Source: Staphylothermus hellenicus DSM 12710
Lineage (GTDB): Archaea > Thermoproteota > Thermoprotei_A > Sulfolobales > Desulfurococcaceae
Reading direction: 5' to 3'
Assembly: GCF_000092465.1 (NCBI RefSeq)
Contig: NC_014205.1
Span: 60,001 to 92,000, forward strand
DNA: 32,000 nt
Below, piece after piece: positions 26,179 through 32,000 of the stretch (positions within the stretch are counted from its first letter, which is position 1; each line of letters starts with the position of its first letter). The position numbers were made by a program, and so were the translations under genes. The notes under the pieces were generated by a model. That model was given only the letters and a program-made list of their open reading frames with translations. It was not told the DNA's origin and did no database searches.

Positions 26179-27013
26179 CTACTCTTTAATATATGGTTTT
26201 CCAAGCGCTCTAGGCATCTTGACACGCTTCATTATCGCTGCTACTATAACCAGTGTCGCAATATATGGTATTGTTAAGAACAAGTTTGCTTCAGCTGTGA
26301 ATTGCTGCCCTGTTATACTCTGTATTTTTAATGGTAAATACGTTGATAATGCATCGAAGAAACCGAATATGAAAGCGCCTAGAATAGCCATTAATGGGTT
26401 CCAATTAGAGAATGCAACTATTGCTAAAGCTATAAAGCCTCTGCCAGCAGATATTGTTTTAATAAATGATCCAAGCCATCCTACAACTAGGAATGCACCA
26501 CCCATACCTGTGAGCATGCCACCAATTACTGTAGCATAGAATCTTGTCCTGAAAACATTTACACCCATAGCCTCAGCAGCTCTAGGCTCCTCTCAACACG
26601 CTCTAAGCCTTAATCCGTTCTGGCTAGCCGTAGTTTTTGCTGCTTTTGTTATATTTGTTACGGCTAACCTTCCAGCCTCTGGTTTCATTGGCTGGCTTTC
26701 GGGGGGAACGGATGCTCCCCACATCTTCGGATTCTTCTAAACCCGCGCCCATTCAGGCTTAACCTAACCCCACATATCGGGCACGGGCTCATATCTCATC
26801 ATCAAAAACAATAGCCAGACAAACACATATATAAAAATTATGGAGAAAAGCATAACATATGCTACAAAAGCAACGTTATATGTTTCAGCCTCACCTAATT
26901 TTCTCTAGAAACCGCCAAGCAATAATGCCTGTAAATATTGTTAGTAAAGCTATGGGCGGTATTGCTAATTACGGTATTTTTAGTTTCAGATAACCATATG
27001 CTCGGCACCTTAT
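26179..27013 (-). pseudogene. decayed BMP/nucleoside-type ABC transporter permease (BPD_transp_2 family), 5'-truncated
   Basis: The intact ORF 26179-26568 is only the C-terminal 129 aa. The family motif continues upstream across a TGA (26593-26595): TTASQNGLRLRAC-stop-EEPRAAEAMGVNV. Further upstream the frame reads a TM-like segment (VAFVAYVMLFSIIFIYVFVWLLFLMM) with two TAG stops. Another TM-like piece (LAIPPIALLTIFTGIIAWRFLEK) follows in a different frame. The N-terminal third is absent. Confidence 0.6.
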
Positions 27014-27126
27014 TCACGATAGGACTACTTGAATAGCTTCCCTAAAACCCCCTTCTCAGGCTTTACATATCTCTCATATTTGGATTCAGGTCGCATAAAA
27101 CTATCGATATATTTTATATGTATATT

Positions 27127-28173
27127 TTATCTATAGATATACTTTCCATAAATATTGATCTTGTATCCGCATCTGGGGCAGCGATGATCTTTTGTTAGGT
27201 TCCACTTGATAACTCTATGGTTTCTTCTCGCAATTAATATTTTACCGCATCTGGGACACCTGGTATACTCGTATTCTTCGTATGGAGTATTTCCTATATA
27301 CACGTATTCTATACCTGATTTCTCCGCTTCCTTCTTGATCTCCACTAGTTTGGATATCTTTGTTGGGGGTTCATAGTATTTGTTTGCTGGGTAGTATCTG
27401 TTTATGTGTAATGGAATGTTTTCTCCTAGATATTTGAGGTGATTATTAATTATCCATTCATAACATTCTTTCCAATCATTAGCTTTTGGAACAACTAGGT
27501 AAACCATTTCCACGTGTCCGCCGTGATCCAGTATTGTTTTTGCATTTCTATATATTATAAGTGGGTTGGCTGATAGATACTTTTTATATGTGTAGGGGCA
27601 CCCTTTTATATCGATACTGAATCCTGTATAGCCGTTTTCTAGTAAGTGTTTAATTGTTTTAAGAGTCATGTACCCGTTTGTTACCATGGCCAAGTATAAT
27701 CCATGTTTAACAGCGTATTCACCTACGTCGAGGAGGTATTCTAGATGAATAGTTGGCTCATTAAAACTTGCACATAATCCATGATTTTTCAGTTTCACGG
27801 CTAGCTCAACTAGTTCTTTCGGCTCCATATAGATCGATTTATCCGGGTCTGGTTTACTCCAGCTAATATAGTAGTTCTGGCACCATGGACAACGAAAATT
27901 ACATCCCCAACCGGAAAATGTTAATGCTATACTGTTAGGATAGTAGTGGAATAATGGCTTGATCTCTATTGGTCTAGGCTCAACAGCGCTGAGCAATCCG
28001 TATGCTATATTGTATAGTTTACCATCAATATTTTTATGATTCCAACAAATACCTGTTAGCCCAGGCGCTAATACACATCTTCTCTCACATATAGTGCACC
28101 TAATAATCTTCTTCTCCTCATCATATACTTCGTAGAACCGGCTAGGCTTAACATATTCTTTCTCATAGGCCAT
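27127..28173 (-). CDS. radical SAM enzyme, AmmeMemoRadiSam-system / PflA-like type
   Basis: 348 aa. Radical SAM cluster motif CNFRCPWCQN. N-terminal CTICERRC...GICWNHKN and a C-terminal double CPRCG Zn-ribbon, as in the AmmeMemoRadiSam radical SAM family. Confidence 0.8.
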   Translation of the reverse strand: MAYEKEYVKPSRFYEVYDEEKKIIRCTICERRCVLAPGLTGICWNHKNIDGKLYNIAYGLLSAVEPRPIEIKPLFHYYPNSIALTFSGWGCNFRCPWCQNYYISWSKPDPDKSIYMEPKELVELAVKLKNHGLCASFNEPTIHLEYLLDVGEYAVKHGLYLAMVTNGYMTLKTIKHLLENGYTGFSIDIKGCPYTYKKYLSANPLIIYRNAKTILDHGGHVEMVYLVVPKANDWKECYEWIINNHLKYLGENIPLHINRYYPANKYYEPPTKISKLVEIKKEAEKSGIEYVYIGNTPYEEYEYTRCPRCGKILIARRNHRVIKWNLTKDHRCPRCGYKINIYGKYIYR

Positions 28174-28437
28174 GTTATCACATATCTAGCTCATACCTTT
28201 TCCTAATAACCAAAATATATTTTGATTCATAATTATAACATATATTGTTTAAACAGACACTTCCTTCTCAAATATGATTCTATAACACCTCAACATCAGG
28301 GGAGTTATCGAGGCTTTATAACAATGTGGATAACTATGGTTTACAAAGATTCAAAATAGCTAAAAACACCAATAAATGAATAGTCTATCAAAAATAGGAT
28401 TATACACGTTATATAATAATATGTGGAGGTGGTATAG

Positions 28438-28989
28438 TTGACTTATACCCTCAAGGATCTAGCAGTTGTTCTCGGTAAACTTGGAGATTATGGTGTGAAG
28501 TTTGTTGTTATAGGTGATACTGTTGTACAGCTTGCTCTTAGAACCAAAGTATTCACGGGAGATATTGATCTATTTGTTTATGAGCCCAGCCCATTAGTGG
28601 AGGAGGATTTCTACCGTGAAATAGTCGAGAAGGAAAACTGGGGTATTTCAACAACTGAGCTAGGAACACCTAGGATCATTGCCCGTATTGGAGAAAAAGA
28701 GATTATTATTGAACTATACGAGAACTTCATGGATATAGAGATACCTGAGGAAATACTTAGCCAAGCTAGGACAATCAAAGTTAAAGGTGTGAAAATAAAG
28801 GTTCTTAGACCCGAGCATTATTTTGTGTTGAAAGCTAGGCAAGGCGTTGACCTCGACAAGCTTTCAGAATACTATAAGAAACTAGGCAGTCTAGATAAGA
28901 GGCTTCTAGATAAATCTATTAAGGCATTCCCTGAAGAAGAACAATCATTAATTCGTGAAAGATTATCGTCAATCGGAATAAGTTTCTGA
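28438..28989 (+). CDS. nucleotidyltransferase-fold protein (archaeal DUF2204-like)
   Basis: 183 aa. VKFVVIGDTVVQLALRTKVFTGDIDLFV carries the G-x...D-x-D NTase motif. A C-terminal helical region has LRPEHYFVLKARQGVDLD. TTG start with GGAGGTGG upstream. Confidence 0.6.
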   Translation: MTYTLKDLAVVLGKLGDYGVKFVVIGDTVVQLALRTKVFTGDIDLFVYEPSPLVEEDFYREIVEKENWGISTTELGTPRIIARIGEKEIIIELYENFMDIEIPEEILSQARTIKVKGVKIKVLRPEHYFVLKARQGVDLDKLSEYYKKLGSLDKRLLDKSIKAFPEEEQSLIRERLSSIGISF

Positions 28990-29021
28990 TCGGGTCAGCG
29001 AAGAGTACATCATCGCACTAA

Positions 29022-29237
29022 ATGCTCAGTTCCGCCGGAAAACCTCATCAAAACATATATTTATTAGCTATGGGTTTTTCTAATTTTATCATTGGTGAAA
29101 CAATAAGTTCTAGTAGGAACCCAGTTATTCTCCTAATACTTGCTTATTTCCCAGGGATATTATTATCTTTGATAATGGAGTATTCCAGTGTTCCTAGGAA
29201 CCCTGTTATTGTATGGTTATACATGTTGTTCTGGTGA
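29022..29237 (+). CDS. small hydrophobic ORF of doubtful status (possible relic of the adjacent decayed transporter locus)
   Basis: 71 aa. Contains an internal nucleotide repeat TAGGAACCCNGTTATT (29113-29128 and 29196-29211) that gives RNPVIL/RNPVIV. Its TGA overlaps a GTG (GTGA) that opens the decayed symporter frame. Confidence 0.2.
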   Translation: MLSSAGKPHQNIYLLAMGFSNFIIGETISSSRNPVILLILAYFPGILLSLIMEYSSVPRNPVIVWLYMLFW

Positions 29238-29612
29238 TCTTCGTATTCATATTGTTGATCACAGCGTATCTTATAAGTCGTGAGAGACAAGCCTAGCATT
29301 GGGATTCGAGGAAATAATTTCCTTACCAATAATATTTGGATGGTTAGCGATAACTTTTGGATACGGCTACATAGCTACTAGGAGAAGAGTTGAGTGGAAA
29401 GCGTTTGAATGGTTTGTTGTAGGAGAAGGCTTGGATTAATAGATAAATATACTGCTGTAGCAGCGATGTCTGCTGGAATGATAGTTGGATATGTGAAATA
29501 CTATTATGGGAGAATATGGAACATCTACGAGGGGCTCTGGGGATTACTGGCAAACCTACTAGTCTTAAGCATAATGCTTTTAATCAAGAAGCTTATAAAG
29601 GGTAAACAATAA
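29234..29612 (+). pseudogene. remnant of a sodium:solute symporter (SSS) family gene with internal deletion and frame changes
   Basis: N-terminal-type segment in frame 1 (LPIIFGWLAITFGYGYIATRRRVEWKAFEWFVVGEGLD-stop-stop) resembles TM1 plus the YFLAGR region. Frame 0 (29409-29612) encodes a C-terminal-type segment KYTAVAAMSAGMIVGYV...GLWGLLANLLVLSIMLLIKK. About 400 aa of core are missing. Confidence 0.4.
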
Positions 29613-29681
29613 TAAAGCATTAATCGAGCCACTATATAGCAGGGCAGGTAATAATTAAAATAATGTGGGGAGGAGATAATA

Positions 29682-29843
29682 ATGCCTATAACGGACCCGG
29701 TAAAACTACAAATCGTATATAATAGGGTTCTGAACAAGAAGGTTTGCCGTAGATGTGGAGCATTAAACCCGCCTACAGCGACAAAGTGTAGGAGATGTAA
29801 GAGCAAGAATTTGAGGCCTAAGAAAGGCTTTAAACTAAGGTAA
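29682..29843 (+). CDS. rpl40e: 50S ribosomal protein L40e
   Basis: 53 aa, below the ORF-track cutoff: [53 protein letters not shown]. This is the typical archaeal L40e C4 zinc ribbon. GGAGG lies 7-11 nt upstream. TAA stop. Confidence 0.9.
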   Translation: MPITDPVKLQIVYNRVLNKKVCRRCGALNPPTATKCRRCKSKNLRPKKGFKLR

Positions 29844-29949
29844 AATTAATCTATATTGTGTAATTTATTACATGTTTTAATTATGTGAAGATATTTTTAC
29901 TTAGCACGTATAGATTATATTTTAGATAAGATTCCTTGAGGAACCTGTT

Positions 29950-30669
29950 TTGAGCATAATTGATCTCTTAAGTGTTAAGCCCTTCGCAGTTATTGGTCAT
30001 AGAGGAGCTGCTGGTAGGTATCCTGAGAATACTTTGAAATCAATAGAGTACGCTATTGGTTTGGGTGTTGAAATAGTCGAGGTAGATGTTAGGGCTACGA
30101 GGGATGGAGAAATAATTGTTTTCCATGACCCTGATCTTAAGAGATTGTTTGGAATAAGTAAATCTGTTGGTGAACTGGATTATTCATGGATAAGAAATAA
30201 TTTGAGGCTTGGCAGCGAATATATACCATTGTTGAGAGAGGTTTTAGAGCTTGTCAAGGATCGTGTTGGCTTGTTTGTTGAGGTAAAGGAACCCGTTATT
30301 ACTCGTAGAGTGGTAGAGCTTATCAGTAAGTATAATATGATAAGTGATGTAGCAATTATTAGCTTCTATGATGAAGCACTTGTAGAAGCTAAACAATTGA
30401 TCCCAAACATTGTTACTGGGTTAATATATTTTAAGCCCCCAGGTAGATTATTTGATGCTAAAAAACTCGGAGCAAACATTGTGCTTCCACGCTACAATAT
30501 AGCAACATTGAAAGCTAACCAGCTGGCACACAAGCTTAAGCTCAAAGTAGTTGTTTGGACAGTTAATAGTGAGAAACTAGTCTATGAAATGATTAGGAGG
30601 GAAGTTGATGGTATTGCTAGTGATTATCCAGACCTCCTAATAAATATTAGAAAGAAACTATCTGGTTAG
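29950..30669 (+). CDS. glycerophosphodiester phosphodiesterase (GDPD family)
   Basis: 239 aa. VIGHRGAAGRYPENTLKSIEYAIGLGVEIVEVDVRATRDGEIIVFHDPDL contains the HR, E-x-D and H catalytic landmarks. TTG start. Confidence 0.85.
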   Translation: MSIIDLLSVKPFAVIGHRGAAGRYPENTLKSIEYAIGLGVEIVEVDVRATRDGEIIVFHDPDLKRLFGISKSVGELDYSWIRNNLRLGSEYIPLLREVLELVKDRVGLFVEVKEPVITRRVVELISKYNMISDVAIISFYDEALVEAKQLIPNIVTGLIYFKPPGRLFDAKKLGANIVLPRYNIATLKANQLAHKLKLKVVVWTVNSEKLVYEMIRREVDGIASDYPDLLINIRKKLSG

Positions 30670-30673
30670 CTAT

Positions 30674-31309
30674 TCACTTATTTTTAACCATATACTTTAA
30701 AACATCAATTACTAGTTGCTTCAACAAATCAATACTCCACATATTCACATATGTTCTGCTAAGCCTATGCTTCAATACACCAACAGGCGGCACATGTATG
30801 AATAATGCTTTAGAATTATGTTTGGAGGCAAACCTATATATCGTGTATGCTACAGCATTGCACAAGTAAAGCCCAGCAGTATTTGATGGTGCAACATCGT
30901 ATCCCTTGCTCCACAAATACTTTAATAAATCAAATAATTCTATTTGCACACTAATACATAGAGGCGAATCACTGTATAGCTTAGAAGCATTTCTCTCATC
31001 CTCACGGTTTTCGAAGCGAACATTAACAGCAGAAGCCTCCAACAATGGAACAGTAGTAAGAGGGTGGAGACCGAGCCCAACAACGCCAACAGGTTTAAGC
31101 TTCTCTAAAATCTTGTCAAGCTTCTCTATACTAGGATAATCAACATCTAAAACAACACCCCTGACACCACAACCCCCAACAACCTCGCCATCAAGCAGAG
31201 AAGCAACAATACCGGAAGGATTAGGATAATATAAAACCCAACCACCCCTTCCACGATACCAGTCAAAACCAGAAACAATAAACCAGCAATCGCCCAAACT
31301 AAATACCAC
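30674..31309 (-). CDS. pcp: pyroglutamyl peptidase I-like (peptidase C15)
   Basis: 211 aa. SNTAGLYLCNAVAY (catalytic Cys), FIHVPP (His), LLEASAVN (Glu). The N-terminal region carries an insertion relative to typical Pcp. Confidence 0.7.
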   Translation of the reverse strand: MVFSLGDCWFIVSGFDWYRGRGGWVLYYPNPSGIVASLLDGEVVGGCGVRGVVLDVDYPSIEKLDKILEKLKPVGVVGLGLHPLTTVPLLEASAVNVRFENREDERNASKLYSDSPLCISVQIELFDLLKYLWSKGYDVAPSNTAGLYLCNAVAYTIYRFASKHNSKALFIHVPPVGVLKHRLSRTYVNMWSIDLLKQLVIDVLKYMVKNK

Positions 31310-31454
31310 CTCCTAATACATAAACAAATCAAAAACATACTAAACTATAAAAACATCCCAAAACAAATAATAGAATACAGCAAGGGCCCGGACTAAGAGC
31401 GAAAAGCAATGAAGAACCCAGGCCACAAAACCACAGCCCGGCAACCCCATAAGT

Positions 31455-31566
31455 GGCCCGGGTAGCTCAGCCGGTAGAGCGCCGGGCTGTGGACAAAAAC
31501 CCCAATGATAAAAGAGGGGAAAAGGCAGAAACCCGGAGGTCCCGGGTTCAAATCCCGGCCCGGGCC
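31455..31566 (+). tRNA. tRNA-His (anticodon GTG) with encoded G-1 and a 38-nt canonical intron
   Basis: G(-1)-GCCCGGG-TA-GCTC-AGCCGGTA-GAGC-G-CCGGG-CTGTGG/intron/A-CCCGG-AGGTC-CCGGG-TTCAAAT-CCCGG-CCCGGGC-C73. G-1 pairs with C73. No encoded CCA. Confidence 0.95.
31493..31530 (+). other. tRNA-His intron (position 37/38, bulge-helix-bulge)
   Basis: A central 4-bp helix pairs CUGU (32-35) with GCAG (31525-31528), flanked by 3-nt bulges GG/A and AA/A. Inner helix is CCCC/GGGG. The boundary is ambiguous by 1-2 nt because of A runs. Confidence 0.85.
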
Positions 31567-31653
31567 CTTTCATTTATGTTTGGATCCCTCTCCTTCACTT
31601 TATTGATAATCTGCTAGTTTAGATTCTATAATGCACTCTCACACCTGAATCAG

Positions 31654-31881
31654 TTGCCCAAGCATTTTAGGTTCATGGAAGAATATGTTAGGATAGCTTC
31701 AGATATCCTTGTCTCCGCTGTTCTCCTCATACATTCGCAGGAGTCAGGAATCTACCGTAAGACAATAGCATCCCTTCTCCCAGAGCTTCATGTAGAAATA
31801 TTAGATGAATTACTAAAGACATCAAATGGATCCACTATCACATTTACAGGTTCCCAACATTATTCTCTTAATAACATATAG
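31654..31881 (+). CDS. hypothetical ORF of doubtful status
   Basis: 75 aa, TTG start, no recognisable motif. It sits next to the tRNA-His 3' flank. Confidence 0.2.
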   Translation: MPKHFRFMEEYVRIASDILVSAVLLIHSQESGIYRKTIASLLPELHVEILDELLKTSNGSTITFTGSQHYSLNNI

Positions 31882-32000
31882 GCTGAAGTCCATGTCCTTG
31901 TAGCGTGTGCTCCCGGGTATAAGTGTCTTAGCTCTTAAGCTGACATATAGGTCTTTGTTAATCGAGTGGCCTTTCCATGCTTCTTTTTAAGAACTGTGCT

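Noticed and set aside
9219-26595. Possibility that in-frame TGA codons (9219-9221 and 26593-26595) reflect TGA recoding (Trp, Gly or Sec).
   Set aside because: TGA terminates well-conserved genes here at the expected C-termini (truD at 6250-6252; the Zn-ribbon gene at 4452-4454). The second case sits in a gene with several other lesions. No SECIS-like evidence was sought or seen.
26690-26800. Search for split or permuted tRNA halves in the GC-rich non-coding blocks (also 6821-7083), prompted by known split tRNAs in Desulfurococcales.
   Set aside because: No acceptor/T-arm (GTTCAAATC-type) or D-arm/anticodon-arm sequences could be recognised in either block on either strand.
26753-26804. C/D box sRNA on the reverse strand: TGATGATGA at 26796-26804 and CTGA at 26753-26756, about 40 nt apart.
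   Set aside because: There are no recognisable internal D' and C' boxes. A 9-bp GC stem occupies the would-be guide regions, which is atypical for archaeal C/D sRNAs.
26640-26900. Initial idea that a ~250-nt element (MITE or ncRNA) was inserted into the permease gene, flanked by a GTTATAT..GTT..ACC direct repeat (26647-26672 and 26874-26897).
   Set aside because: Retranslation showed that the main permease frame runs through most of this interval and encodes a TM-like helix, interrupted only by two TAG codons. In-place decay therefore explains it without an insertion. The repeat is only about 75 percent identical and AT-rich.
31935-32000. Reverse-strand open frame at the window edge (…KKKHGKATRLTKTYMSA-stop).
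   Set aside because: Only 21 codons are visible, there is no motif, and other frames are similarly open. A gene call cannot be supported.

Overview
This is an AT-rich archaeal chromosomal segment (GC not computed; by eye mid-30s percent). The gene content is FEN-1, CDC48/VCP, aEF-1beta, Pth2, TruD, L40e and a tRNA-His with a canonical 37/38 bulge-helix-bulge intron. TTG/GTG starts preceded by GGAGG/GGTG motifs are frequent. Together these point to a hyperthermophilic crenarchaeon of Desulfurococcales type; that assignment is inference, not verified. Layout: (1) 1-6.7 kb holds housekeeping information-processing genes. (2) 6.8-7.1 kb holds a GC-rich, helix-rich non-coding element with its own TATA-like box. 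(3) 7.4-10.5 kb holds a Thr-rich secreted protein, an ABC-2 exporter pair whose permease carries an in-frame TGA, and tRNA-Val(CAC). (4) 10.7-16.4 kb holds a convergent glycan-utilisation cluster: GPH symporter, PIG-L deacetylase, GH84, double GNAT and GH4. (5) 16.5-19.1 kb holds a four-gene operon with two MinD-type ATPases carrying inserted 2x[4Fe-4S] ferredoxin domains plus a NifX/NifB-like protein. (6) 19.3-20.8 kb holds a GDPD-like gene and an EamA transporter. (7) 20.8-22.9 kb holds an MNT-HEPN pair embedded in about 1.2 kb of AT-rich non-coding DNA bounded by a 14-bp imperfect inverted repeat. (8) 23-26.2 kb holds an MFS transporter, a nucleoside phosphorylase and a Zn-ADH. (9) 26.2-27.0 kb holds a decayed BMP-type ABC permease. 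(10) The remainder holds an AmmeMemoRadiSam-type radical SAM enzyme, a DUF2204-like nucleotidyltransferase, a remnant of a sodium:solute symporter, L40e (missed by the 60-aa ORF track), a second GDPD, a pyroglutamyl peptidase and tRNA-His. I saw no rRNA, CRISPR array, transposase or integrase. The most interesting items are the unclassified structured element at 6821-7083, the uncharacterised MinD-ferredoxin/NifX-like operon, the unusual GlcNAc-type glycan locus, the inverted-repeat-bounded MNT-HEPN cassette, and three independently degraded transporter genes. All family calls come from motif recognition by eye; no searches were run.
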